A program made the position numbers and the translations under genes. A stretch of DNA of 64,000 nucleotides from Lama guanicoe (taxonomy: Eukaryota). The notes under the pieces are model-generated. The model did no database searches and was not told where the DNA came from. It saw nothing but the letters and a program-made list of their open reading frames with translations. The stretch is taken from positions 3,302,283 to 3,366,282 of the forward strand of contig MU053561.1 in NCBI GenBank assembly GCA_013239625.1. The letters run 5' to 3'. Positions 1 to 12,560 of this stretch are shown one piece after another (position 1 is the stretch's first letter; every line of letters starts with the position of its first letter).

Positions 1-207
1 GCAGAGGCTGGGATGAGGCCTGGACAGATGGGATGAAACCTCTGTTCACACCTGCCTGTGGTCAGGAATGCTCATGGTTACTGCTGGAACTGGAGACAGA
101 GGGCTCAAATAACATCGAGGGTTACTGAGGGGTTACCTTGCTGGAGTCTTGAACCGGTGAGCACCAGGCTTCCTGGTGTGCCCACCCCCTCCCTCCCTCC
201 CCCAGCC

Positions 208-243
208 NNNNNNNNNNNNNNNNNNNNNNNNNNNNNNNNNNNN
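208..243. other. Assembly gap (36 N) inside a C-rich low-complexity tract
   Basis: Run of n at 208-243 flanked by CCCTCCC-type sequence. Confidence 0.98.
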
Positions 244-1246
244 NTTCCTCCCGCAGTCCCACCCCCTCCCTCATTCTCTCTGGGTGGTTCCCCTGGGTCC
301 TATCTGGCCATTCCCTAAGCCTAAGGCAGATTCAGTCTCATGAAATCGACTCCAGTACTCGTTTCAAATCCACGCGTACCTTTATTTCACAGAAGACAAA
401 TGTGTTTGAGAAATTCAAGTAAAAATACCAAAATTTTAAAGCCTTGTATTTTTGATAGGAAGGAAGGCCTAGTGAAAAGGACTTCCGTCTAGAGTATTTT
501 TATAAATCACACCCAGTTTCTAAAGCCAGCTTTTTTTCTATCCATTAAGTTCTTTCAGCCTGGATAAAACTGCATTTTCCTAAGGAAACTGGATTCCTTG
601 TGAACTGCCGTAACTTTCAGGATTTTTGCAGAGAGGGACACAAAGCTGTGAGCTGGCTGTCTGGGGGACACTGTCAGGGCCCTAGTGCTGGCACAATACT
701 GACCTGGAAGGGGGGATGCAGTAAGACAGGCCAGAGGATATCCTTCTCTGAGCACATTCTCCCTGAATAGCACCTCGGCAATCATTTTTACAAGGTGATA
801 TTGTAGCACAATGGTTACTCAGACTGCAATGAAAATTCATGGCCAGAAGCAGAGGGAAACTGAGGGTCAGTCTGCTCAGGTGGCAACTGACACCTTGGGG
901 GTTGTACTAGTCAGCACCAGCTGCTGTAATAAATACCACGGACTGGGTGGCTTAAACAGCAAAGATTTATTTGTCGCAGTGCTGGAGACTGGAAGTCCAA
1001 GATCAAGGTGCCAGCCAATTGAGATTCTGGTGAGAGCCCTCTTCCTAGCTTGCAGATGGGGCCACCTTCTCACTGTGTCCTCACATGACAGAGAGAGAGC
1101 ACACAATCTGCCTGGTGTCTCTTCATACCAGGGCACTGATCCTAACAGATCAGGGCTCCACCCTACGGCCTCACTGAACCCTAAATACGTACTTATAGGC
1201 ACCATCTCCAAATACAGTCATATTTGAGGTTAGGTTTTCAACATAT

Positions 1247-1913
1247 TGAGACAGGAGGGAAGAGGGCAGGGCACAACCATTAAAAAAGCATGACACAGCC
1301 ATTGAGGATATGACATAAACTGCTGAGAACCAACTGGGCCCAAGATGGTGGAAGATTTGACTTCCAGTAGACCTTGAGCCTCATTATATGATCATTGTAA
1401 TACATTCGCTGCTAAATGACATACCCACAGGTGCCATGACAGATCCCAGGCTGACTATTAAAGGCCAAAAAGTGGGCAGGGGGCCACATTCCCTCCCCTC
1501 CTCCAAACAGTTGGAATAATCCTCCCACTTGTTAACATCCGAAATTACCCAGCCCGGGGGAGGGGGGGGGTGTAGCTCACTTGGAAGAGCGCATGCGTAG
1601 CTTAGCGTGCACGAGGCCCTGGGTTCAGTCCCCAGTACCTCCTCTAAAAATAAATAAACCTGATTACCTCCCCTCCACTGCCAAAATTAAATAATTAAAT
1701 AATACAATAATAAATTAATTAAATATAAAAAAATTTTAAAAAATTACCCAGCCCATAAAAACCACTCTCAACACCTTGGGGACTCTCCCTTCTGAAACAG
1801 ACCACATTCTGTCTATGGAGCCTGTATCTCCCTAAATAAACTTGCCTTCACTTTACTATGGCTCACTCTTGAATTCTTTCCTGCACAAGGCAAGAACCTA
1901 CTCTCATGTAACA
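1247..1913 (+). mobile_element. Solo ERV1-class LTR, MER41-like (copy 1), containing a SINE
   Basis: Starts TG (tgagacaggagggaagagggcagggcacaacc), ends CA (catgtaaca), has AATAAA near the 3' end and a 4-bp TSD ATAT (1243-1246 / 1914-1917). Homologous to 38873-39390. Confidence 0.85.
1556..1740 (+). mobile_element. tRNA-derived SINE (Vic-1-like)
   Basis: Pol III A/B-box-like head (tagctcacttgg; ggttcagtccc), cctgattacctccc motif, A-rich tail, 14-bp TSD aaattacccagccc (1542-1555 / 1741-1754). Confidence 0.9.
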
Positions 1914-4389
1914 ATATGATTTTTTTGGGGGGTGGGGGGGATACAATTTGGTCCCCAGAAGTGGTCAGTGAAACATTCAGGAATGAGGGTACCCTCAGAG
2001 GTGTCTGCTGTCCTTCCAAAGCCCCAGGCCCCAGCCTCTGGCTTGCCCACCCCTAGGCGCCTCCCCAGCTTAGAAGCTGGCTGTGCTTGGGCCACATCAC
2101 CCGAGGGCAGGGGGGACACCCCTGAGCCACGGTGCAGGAGCCCAGGCTGGCAGAGCTGCCTGGACAGCTGTCTTTCTGGGGAGCTCAACGGTCAGGCCCT
2201 GGATGAGCCTGGGGGAGGAGAAGGAGCCGCAGAGAGAATAACAAATGTCATCTGTTACTCAGCAGAAGCATGACGCCTCCTGGGGTGAGGACCCAGGAGC
2301 CTTCCCGAGTGTGTGCTTGGGCAGAATGCCTCATGCACTTCACAGGTTAAACCACTGAAACGTGAGGGCCTCTGCATGCCTGGCCTGTGATGTGGAGAAA
2401 GTTCACCATCTGTGAAGGCCAGGTTAATCTGCCAATTAAAAAACACTTGGGAATTGTCTAACATTACGAAGAGCTCCAATTACAGGCACAGAACGGTCTC
2501 CCAGCCCTTTCTTCTTCCTTGTGCACCCTGGAAAGTGTTGTGGTCTCCACTCCTGCTCCCCCTAGTCTGCACTCCCACCCCCAGCCCTGGCTGCGGTCCT
2601 TTCTCAGCCTTCGTTTTTAGAGCCATGAGTGGTAATGACCTTCAAACCTCAGGGGACATTCTTCCATTGTCAGAGAATCCAGCCACGCACTCGGGGCTGT
2701 CCCGACTCAAGATTTCATTCTTCTAGCGATGAGTCACTGCTGCCATCTTGTTCCCATGCTTCCTGCAAGGAGGTAAGGCCAGGAAAAGAAAGGAGGGCGG
2801 GGTGCCCGGCCAGCTCCTGTAGCACCTGCAGGCCTAGGTGCGCTCTGTCCATAAAAGTCTGTGGAGGATGGAGGAGGCAGGAAGGGGAACCGTCCTGTTG
2901 TCCTGAACAGGGGCAAAAACCATGCCTCTGGGAGGGCAGGAGGGTCACATGGGGCCACACGGCCCTCTAGGGAGGGGGCCCAGGACAGTGCCGCGAACAC
3001 AACGGGCTTTGGGCTCCAACAGGCCTGGCTCTGAAGTCCAGACCCACTGCTTCTAGCATCCTGGACATGCTCCCCAGCCTCCTGGAACCCCTTTTTCCTC
3101 ACTTTCTGCTCCTTCAAAGGGTCATAACGGAGGCTCAGGGACATGACCTGCGCAGACCACCCAGAGCAGCGCCTGGCATCAAACAGGAGCCGGGCACTGA
3201 GGAGGCTTCCTCTTTCTCTATCAGATCTTCCTTCTCTCCTTCCTCCTCCTAACAGGCTCACCACACAAGGCCTCAGAAAGGCTCGGCAGCATCCAGCCAC
3301 CTCGCAAAGGCAGCCTGCCACACACACAAAGGGGTGCTCCTCACTTGGAAACAGAACCCCCTGAGGGAAGCTCTGGAAACAGTGCACCTCGCTGGCTCCA
3401 GGGGGGACCTCAACTCTCTTGTCTGTTGTCTCTCCACTCTGTTTGGCAATGATTTATTAGTAATTCTCACTTCTCAGATTCATGGCTAGAATCTGAAATC
3501 TTTTAAAAAGGCAGCTCTTTCCATCATGGGCTCCATAATCATCATTCGGTATTTATGTCCGCGGCCTTCCTCCAGACACCATGTGTCTCCTTCAGTCTGG
3601 AAAGCGGAAGGCTGAAAGGGGCGGCTGGAGGCCCACAAAGCCCCACGGGACGCGCAGGGCTCGGGAGCAAGTCCTTGTTCACTCCATCCTGGAAGCGCTG
3701 GTTGGGGAAGGGGCTGGTGACCTTGAAACAAGAGGGCTTTCAGGTTACGTACGTGAAAGGAATCTATTTCGGTTCCAGCAAGTAATAAACTCCCAGGACT
3801 CATTACCCCAGAGGGAGTGGAGGGTAAGCACAGAACGTACGTCAACCGAAGTTTCAGGTAAATTCATGGTTGGCTGCTCTCCGTGTGGTGTGTCCCATGA
3901 CCCCGCGACCTTGCCACCAGGAAGGACATCCAGCATCTGGCAGGACCTAAAGAACTCTGTCCCCTTGGGCCTTGGTTTTTGGCCTGTGCAGTAATTCATA
4001 CGCCCCTGGGACTGTCCTGGATTTCCTAGATTTGTGATTTTTTAATGTCATTGATCTGAATTGCAGGAGAGAGGAGGTAGCAATCCTGGAGAAAGGGGAT
4101 TGAATCAACAGTGGGGTAAGACTCTTCCAGGCAGCATACCTTACAGTAATTTCTTTTTCTTGCCTAAAATTCCGGAGGCCTACACCCTTTTGAGACTGCA
4201 GCAGTTTCCTAAGAGCATGGAGCATTTGCATTGGAAGGGAGTCGCTGGACCATTCCACTTACTGCAGTTTCTGCCCTGAACAGTTTTGTGCAATAGCAAT
4301 TAGATTCAGAAATAGAAACAGTGATGATGCTCAAAATGCAGTTGCTGAGCTAAGTATCTTTGAAGCAAAAAAGCCTATATACCTAAGGA

Positions 4390-5700
4390 CTGAACATTTC
4401 CTCATTTATGCAACAAATATTTTGAGCACCAATTTTGAGCCATGTGCTTAGGATACAAAGATGAATAAGACATAAAAATATTTCTACCTTCTGAGAGGCC
4501 AGCCAGTGGGGAAAACAGGCAAACAGCTCCCATATTGCAGGTGTTACAGGGGCAGGGGAACGGGGGTCCACCTCTATCTGCGGGAGTCAGGATTTGAAGC
4601 ACCGCCAGGCATTCTCTGATGGAGGTAAGAAGAGGGAGAGAGGGATTCATGCGGATAAGAGAGTGTGGAACAGTTGAAGTGCTCAAGCTCACTATGGGTG
4701 GAGCTCAGGCTACCTGAGACAAAGAGGCAGGAGGTGAGTCCAGAAAGAAGACATTGAGGCTGGTGGTCCAGACTAAGCAGCAGGGTGCTGATTTTGGAAG
4801 GGAAGCTGGAAAGTGGTATGATCAAATTCCAACTGTAGGAAGATCATCATGAGATGACCTAGATGAAGATGAGGCTATGAGCAAGGACAGGAGTAAGCAG
4901 TGACTGGGATTTGCAGGAGAGCAATGACTGGGGACCAAAACAAAGCCTTAAGGTTGTTCCAAAGGTAGGCACCATGGGCATACGGGGGAGGGAGAAAAGA
5001 GGGGGAGCTCCGGGATGACTTCCTGGTTTCTTTGAGTGGATGGAGGTACCAGTCATTGGCTTGTACCTGGGTGCTAAGGGGAAAATGTGCTGGAGAAGAC
5101 AATGATTACATTTTTGATAGGCTGCCTTTGCTTTTTAAATGAGGCAGTCAAACTGAGGTACCCCTCAGGTGATGTGTATAGCAATCCAAGTCTCAGAGAG
5201 AGGTGTGGTCTGGAGATTGCGGGTCCCAGGGACCGCAGCAGATGGAGATGAAAGCTTGCCTAGGGAGAGTACAAACATGGACAGAGGAGCAAACTAAGGG
5301 TGCTGCACCAGAGAACGCCAAGGGCAGAGGAAAGTGAGCTCCACAAGGAGAGCAAGCAAAGAGGAGACAGGCTTATCAGAAAACAAAGGAAGGGTGACTT
5401 CAGAAGAAAGGGGAAGTGTTTGAAGGTGTTGAATGATGCAAAGGTCAAGGAATGTAAGGAGTGAAAAGGAGTCATCAGATCTGGCACCTGGGTCCCTACT
5501 GCTGACCAGGTGGAAGATGATTCTGTAGGAGATGCTGGGAGAAGCCAGAGGCAGTAGGTAAAGAAGTGAATGAAATGCAGGAAGTGGTGATAGTAGGAAG
5601 ACTATTCCAGAAACTCAGCTAGGAAGGGAAGGAGAGAGCTTGGAGGATTCCCCAAGGAGGAAAGTTCAGTAGAGGAAACTAGAATATAATGATTTGCATA
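4390..5700 (-). mobile_element. Ancient L2 LINE fragments
   Basis: Antisense L2 3' end (catttatgcaacaaatattttgagcacc...gatacaaagatgaataagac) followed by degenerate purine-rich L2 body; boundaries approximate. Confidence 0.6.
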
Positions 5701-6009
5701 GGAAAAAGGCTTTAAAGGAGATTTAAGAGAGACAAAATTGATGGAGCAAGCATGTAGAAGATGCTCAGAGCTGAGCTCAGCTGTCATGTGCTCCGTTTTC
5801 CTTCCCTGTTCCATCACTTCTCTGCAACCCTGTGACATCCACTTGGACCACTCATCCAACATCTTCAGACACTGCTTTACAGCATGTTTATTTGAATGTA
5901 TATCTTATCTTCTGTAATTAATTTTGTGTCTCTTTCAGGTCAGGAACTCTGTCTTAAACATTTTTGTTGTAATCCATGGAGCTTTTTTTTAAAAAATAGA
6001 ACTGAGTTT

Positions 6010-6620
6010 CACAGTATTTTTTCAGTTGAGGTGTAACTTACACTGAAGAACACAAAGAGTGTAGCTTTATGAATTTTTGTGTATGTATGTATATGTCCAT
6101 GAAGCCAACGACTCCAACCTACAGCATACTTTCAGCACACTTGAAGGCTCTCTCGTGGCCCCACCCAGACAGTATCCCTCACAGAAGTAACCATCCTCTG
6201 ACCTCTATTGCTATAGAGTTTTGCCTGTTCTTTGTCTTCTTATAAATAGGATCACATGATGTATGTTCTTTGCTATCTAATTTCTTTCTCTCAGTAATGT
6301 GTCTTTTATTGTGTGCAAGGGTTAGCGAGTTCTTTTTTATTGCTATGAAGTATTCCACTATGGAAATACATATCACAGTTTTTCTATCTGTTGATAGATA
6401 CTAATGTCTTTTGCAATCTGGGGCTATTAGAAATAGTGCTGCCACAAACATTCTTGGCTACATGCATTGGGGTCATAGCACTCATTCTGTTGGGTGTATG
6501 TCCAAGAATGGTATCGCAGGGTAACAGGCTGGACGTTTGTTCAGCTTCAGTAGATGCTGCCAAAGTGTTTGTGCCAATTTATATTCCCTTGCACTGTATG
6601 AATGCTCTGGCTCTACAGTA
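6010..6620 (-). mobile_element. Old L1M (L1MC/ME-like) 3' fragment
   Basis: Antisense L1 3'UTR/ORF2-end motifs (gttgaggtgtaacttac..., ttttattgctatgaagtattccac..., ggctattag...aatagtgctgc). Confidence 0.6.
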
Positions 6621-7125
6621 TTTTTAAATAAAATGCAATTCAATAAGGAATGCTTAAAATATTGAAAAGAGCAACAGCTTTCAAGAACCCTCAACACTTC
6701 AGAAGTATCTGTCAATATGTTAATGATTACTGTGTAAATAACAGGTCATGCTTCTATCCACTAAGGCTTCCATCATAGAACCCCGTGTTGGCCTAGTTTG
6801 AATTGAGGTAAGTTCTTATATAGAAGTGAATTTCTTTATTTTTATAATGTATCATTGTCACTAATTTTAAAAAGCTTTCTCACCTCACATTCATGTTCAT
6901 GAGACTTTATTTTAATGCTCAATTATGCATCTGAGTTTTCTGGAAACAGGCAGAACTGCCTTATCCTAACATGATTTATGTGTCTTGCTGTCTCAGGAGT
7001 CAGCATGAATTCGATGATTTATTCATTTGTTCACTCCGTAAATATACACTGAGCAGCTACTCCGCGCCGGGCACCATACTGGGCGCTGGGAGGTAGGGAA
7101 AGGGGGATATAAAGAATTCAGATTC

Positions 7126-7871
7126 CCCAAAAAACTAAAAATAGAGTTACCATATGATCCAGCAATCTCCCTCCTGGGCATATAGCCAGAGAAAACACTA
7201 ATTTGAAAATATGCATGCACCTCAATGTTCACAGCAGCACTATTTACAATAGCCAAGGGGGAAGGGTATAGCTCAGTGGTAGAGCACATGCTTAATATGC
7301 ACAAGGTCCTGGGTTCAATCCCCAGTACCTCCATTAAAATAAATAAATATAAATAAATAACCTAATTATCTCCTCCCTAAAAAAATTAAAATACAATAGC
7401 CAAGGCATGGAAGCAGCCTAAATATCCATCAGCAGATGACTGGATAAAGATGTGAGATATGTGTGTGAGTGTGTGTATACGCGTGTGTGTGCACACGCCT
7501 GAGTGTGTGGTAGAATACTACTCAGCCATAAAAAAGAGTCAAACAATGCCATTTGCAGCAATATGGGATGGGCCTAGAGATGACCATTCTAAGTGAAGTA
7601 AGTCATACTGAGAAAGACAAATATCATATGCCACTTATATATGGAATCTAAAAAGTGATACAAATTAGCTTATTTACAAGATAGAAACACTCACAGACAT
7701 AGAAAACAAACGTATGATTACAAAAGGGGAGGGAAAAGGATAATTTAGGGGTTTGGGATTAGCAGATACAAACTACTATATATAAAATAAACAACAAGGT
7801 TCTGCTGTATAGCACAGGGAAGTATATTCAATATCTTGTAATAACTTATAATGAAAAAGACTGTGTATATT

Positions 7872-7907
<36 letters not shown>

Positions 7908-7972
7908 CCACTATGCTGTACAGCAGAAAGTAATACAACATCATAAAACAACTATATTTCAATTTAAAAAAA
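7126..7972 (+). mobile_element. 5'-truncated L1 3' end (ORF2 C-terminus + 3'UTR) inserted in an L2 tail; contains a SINE and (TG)n
   Basis: taccatatgatccagcaatc..., gccatttgcagca..., tatagcacagggaa..., A-tail at ~7965; (TG)n at ~7874-7905. Confidence 0.85.
7258..7391 (+). mobile_element. tRNA-derived SINE (Vic-1-like) nested in L1
   Basis: gggaagggtatagctcagtggtagagc...ggttcaatccccagtacc...acctaattatctcc; TSD tacaatagccaag (7245-7257 / 7392-7404). Confidence 0.92.
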
Positions 7973-9269
7973 ATCGGGAGGAAAAAAAGAATCCTCAGAA
8001 TCCTCAGTTATGTGGATTCTGCCCTCAAAGAACTTGGTCTAGAAAAAGACATGGATATAAAGAACTAAAATGCAGTGTAGAAAGTTAGCAGGTCTCAAAT
8101 TTCATTGAAAGTTTTTCTACTAGGGCAAAGCTGGTACCAACTTAGGTGGAACTTTAGCAACAGAAACTGTCATGTAATAGGTCAGTTGTCATCTGTCTGA
8201 GTGGAGACAAGCAGGTCCTCTGAAGGCAAATCTTTTTTCTCAAGTCACTTGAGTATTCCCTCAATGTAAGCTTCATAGGCACCCATTATCTAGAGGGGAA
8301 AGAAGTGACAGGAACTTTTCTGTGTTTGACAAAGCCTGATCTTTTCAATACCCCTAGGAAGAAATTAGACCAAATTGCTTAAAGTCAAAGAACCTCTTAG
8401 AACCTAGAAGTCCTAGATCCTGACATGTTTATCATCTTTCCAATTATTGATATGGTTTGAAATGGTGTTAGCTGGCAGCAAAGGGTCCAAGAACCCCCAA
8501 GAGAAAGTCATTAAGCTCAATGCTAGGCCTAGATGGTTGACACAGGTGTGCTGATTCTGGCCCAGTGAGCAACGAAGGACAGAAGCCTCACTCTTTGGAC
8601 CCCCCCCCCCATGCCAGCACAAAGGACCTACTCTGGGAACAGCAGCTGAGTATGTGAGTGTGGCCCTGGAATCCAAACAGAGAACATCTTTAGCTGAAAA
8701 TAACCTGGAAGACAGTGGGATGTGAATATTTAAAAGCTGAATTCCTATTCATACTCCAGGCTTCATACCAATTATAGGCTTAGCAGATATTGTTGGGTAT
8801 TCTAGCAGTTTTCATCCCATATTCCCTCCAGATTCCTTCTATTTCTTGTGCACATGGGCTTCTGAGACCTTTCTACACGAAAATTTTCAGGGAAAAGGGA
8901 CTGCTTTGTATATTCTGCCCCTAAGTCCTTCACGGGCTACTTCAGCTCTTAGGAGCAGGTCACAGTGGAGTACTTCTGTAGGGGTGAACCAAGCTCAGCA
9001 AGCAAAGAGTAGAGAAGAGCACATGTTGAGAATATGGGCCAAGCTTAATTCGACATTCTATCCATGGTTTACAGAGACAATAGAGTGACTCTGGGCAGCT
9101 CCAGCATGTCTACCTCTTAATTGGTGGTATTCCAATCTGGGCCACTGCCCTCTGTGGTTGGTGTACAGTGTCATTCTGGGATCTTTTTTCTCCAGCCTCC
9201 TGGAAATAACTTTGACTTCTCTCCTGTGTTGAAATTTCTGTTCCTATTATACCTTTCCCTTCCTTGGGA

Positions 9270-9960
9270 AGGTTGCATGGGAAATACGTTTTTTTGAGAC
9301 ACTGTATGTCAGATGTCTTTCTTCTATCTTGGTACATTTTGGATAATTTGGCTGGGTATAGAACTCTAAGTTGGAGAGCATTTCCTTTCAGAATTTTAAA
9401 TACATTGCCTCATTTTCTTTTTGTTTCCAGGGATGCTACTGAGGAGTCCAAAGTTATTTCTAATTTCTTATTCTTTTTATGTGACTTTCTTCTTTCTCTC
9501 AAATTGCATAGACTCTATTTCCACCAATTTTTTGAAAATGTCCAATGAGGAGCCTAACTGTGGATCTATTGTTTTCCAAAGTGTTGACTATTTCATGTAG
9601 CCTTTGAAACTGGAAACTTTTGTCTTTTTCTAATCTCTGGGAAATTTGAGGGAGTCATTTCATTTGTGATTGTCTCCTTTCCATTTTCTATTTTTTCTTG
9701 TTCTCTCTCTGGAACTCCTATTATTTATAAATTGGACTTCTTGGACTAGTATTCTAATTTTGCTTTCTTTTCTTTCCATTTTTTTAAAATATCTTTGAAT
9801 TTTTGCTCTACTTTCTGAGAGACTAACTATTGAGTTTTTAATTTCTCCTATTTTCAATTTCTAAGAATTTCATTTTAGCCTCTAAACCTTCCTTTTCTGT
9901 TTCACCCTGGTCTTTTTTTCTTGGATGTAATATCTTCTCTTGTCTCTGTAAAGAAATAGT
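9270..9960 (-). mobile_element. Ancient L1ME/HAL1-like ORF1 remnant
   Basis: ttggctgggtatagaactctaagttgg...ttcctttcagaattttaaa is a typical antisense old L1/HAL1 motif; the T-rich strand gives K/E/R-rich fragments on the minus strand. Confidence 0.55.
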
Positions 9961-11759
9961 TTACATAGAGTTGAATTCTCCTCTCCTTGCATGTTCTCAG
10001 TACCTCCACACACTACTTTTGTTTTTGTTTGTGTGTTGTTCACCTTGGTGTTTATTGTCCACGTTATCAGCTCTCAGATAGTCAGTAGTATTTGGATATC
10101 CAATCATGACTGAGAGAGTGGACTATTCATCTATAATGGGGAGATTTAAGTTGATTGAAAACTCTGGGCAAGTGAGTGGAGCTTTAGACTTTGTCCTGCA
10201 ATGTAGGATTGTTGGAGAACCCCCTATGTCAGTATTCCTAGTCTGTCTCTCATAGGTTACACAGATTCCCTAAATAATCTAAGTGTTTAAAAGAGTGCCT
10301 GACATGTGACAAGTATTCAATACTTGTTATTATTGTGTTAGTGATTGTTATTGTTGTTGTAGAAAATATGTACACAGGGAAGCAAATATATACACAATTC
10401 AGCTAATCAAAAGCCAATACCCTTGCTTGGATCTTTGTAGAAATTCACAAAGGTGCAATCATTTGCAGAGATTTGGACACAAACTTTCAATGGTGGCTCT
10501 GATGCTTCATGATTGAGTGGATGATAGAGAATGTGACCAGAAGGAAGATGCTTAGGGTTGACCTAGGAGAAGGTGGGGAGCTGATTTCAAAGGAGGAAGT
10601 GACTGGAAGGGATGCCAAGCGCTCACGATGGCTTCCAGAGAATGCTAATGGTTTACTCATTAAGTTGATATCTAAACACTTACGACCTTTGCAGTCCTAA
10701 TGGAATGGGTTTTGGCACACTTGAGGGGAAGATTTGTTAATTAGCTCCATGACTCCTGCAGCAGCCGTCCATTTGATGGGTGATAGCACTGGAGGACCAG
10801 CTCTGCCAAGAGAGAGAAGGAATATTCCATTAATCTGGCTTTGGGTTATTAAGCCACTCTCTCTTCCTGTCACAAACAGATTGTGAATAACACTGTGTTC
10901 TCTGCCATCCTCCTTCTCTGCCTCCTTTCCCTTTCCACAGCCTGGGGAGGACAGTGAGTCTAGCAAAGCCCCACTGTTCTCCACCCTGATGGGTGCTAGC
11001 TTGTCTGGCCCTTGGTAGCAGAAAGGGCCCTCTTTTCCTTCTTCCCATACCTGTTGGTCGCCAGCCACCTGGGAGTCCCCTCCAGAAATCTGACCTGCAG
11101 CTTCTGCAGTGCTGGACTGCTGGCCAGAGTGGTGGATTCCTCCTGGGAGCTGGTGTAGCCTTTGGCAGGGGATCAGCTACGCAAATCATTGATTTCAACT
11201 GCTCAGCATCTTGTCTCAGCTCTTCTTGTGCGTCTGCCTCTCTCAATTCAATTCTAATAACTTTATTGGCACAAAGAGATGGAAAAAGCACTGCCAAAGT
11301 CAATAATCAAGTTTCTGCAACTGAGATAATTCGATTTTCTTTTTCTTTTTCTTTTTTTTTTTTTTGGCGGTTGTTTCATGGAGATAAAAACTATGTGGCC
11401 TCATATTGGGTTTTATCTTTGGATTATTCTCTGGCAGGAGAGTTCATATGAAAAGGTCTGAGTCAGATCATTTCCCCCAGTTATATAGCTTCATTATTTT
11501 CTACTTCTTGGTGTATTCTTGTTTGTTTCCATGTCTTTTTCCATGCAATTATTTTAATGACCAGAAAATCAGGTAAGCAAATTATTTACTGATCACCTAC
11601 GATGTCCCAGGCAGTGTGATGGGGTATGAAAAACATACACTATTTTTCACCTGGAGTAGGGAAAAGCTGGGGCAGGCTATAAAGTGATGAAACACGGTTA
11701 CCCATCCATCCAAGGCAACTAATCATGTAATTCCTATCAGTTAAGAGGAAAGATAATTG

Positions 11760-11975
11760 CGTGGTTAAGTGTGTGGGTTCTCAGCTTTGCTTCTCTTTAT
11801 GTGACTTTGGGCAAGCCTCCTTGTGCCTCAGTTTCCTCACCTACAAAAAGGGAATGATAACAGCAGTGCCTACATCTTAGGGTTGTTGTGAGAACTATGT
11901 AAGACTGAACATAAAGCACTTAGAAAAATCTCTAGCACTCAGCAAGTACTTAATAAGTGTTAGCTATTATTACTG
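11760..11975 (+). mobile_element. MIR SINE
   Basis: gtgactttgggcaag...gtgcctcagtttcctcacct...aaaagggaatgataac...agggttgttgtgag...aaagcacttag core. Confidence 0.8.
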
Positions 11976-12324
11976 TTGTGACTTACACAGACCCTAATGG
12001 TTTTCTTGTCCAAGCTCCTCCTCTTTCCAGGGAGGATTTAAGAAGCCAGAGAGACCGACCTGCCTAACGTTACAGTTTGGGCTCTTTAACTGCAGACACA
12101 GATGCTAATTATCTTCACACCATGCTGCCCCATTAATCAATGGCATGAGTTTTGATCCTGGAAGCTCAAGCAAAATTTTGGCGAGGGATTCCTCTCCAGA
12201 CCGCTACACAATGAACAACCCCTCAGAGAGCATGCTGGGACTTTCACTGTCTCCTACTCACTTGACTTCTTGGAGTGGAGTGACACAGTCAGGACCAGCA
12301 TCCAGCTGAATGATGGGGTCAGGA

Positions 12325-12560
12325 TGGTACAGTGGTTAACAGCCACAGTCTGGTGCCAGACTGACTTGATTCAAATCCTGGCTCTTTTCTTTAACATGCT
12401 GTGTGATCTTGGACCAATTATTCAACACCCCTAAGCCTCAAGTTACTCACGAGTAAACATGGGGAGTAATGACACTGCCCCTTATTGCATCATCTTGAGG
12501 ATGAAATGAAGTAGCATGTAAAGAGCTCAGCCTGGTGACTGGTACAGACTAATGCTGACA
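12325..12560 (+). mobile_element. MIR SINE
   Basis: ttcaaatcctggctct...gctgtgtgatcttgg...aagcctca...gaggatgaaatga...tgtaaag core. Confidence 0.7.

Larger units (their letters stand above)
903..1955 (-). mobile_element. MLT1-type (ERVL-MaLR) solo LTR, interrupted at 1247-1913 by a younger LTR
   Basis: Typical MLT1 text (ggtggcttaaacagcaaagatttatt...ggaagtccaagatcaaggtgccagc...ttcaacatat) resumes after the insert as gattttttt-ggggg...atacaatt. Confidence 0.8.

Noticed and set aside
7258..7330. tRNA gene (also at other TAGCTCAGTGGTAGAG sites)
   Set aside because: The tRNA-like heads are followed by a shared non-tRNA tail, A-rich ends and TSDs, so they are SINEs rather than tRNA genes.
10830..11451. 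Overlapping ORFs and a possible minus-strand exon 11051-11314
   Set aside because: The donor (CAG|GTATGG) is plausible but the acceptor lacks a polypyrimidine tract, and I recognise no protein similarity.
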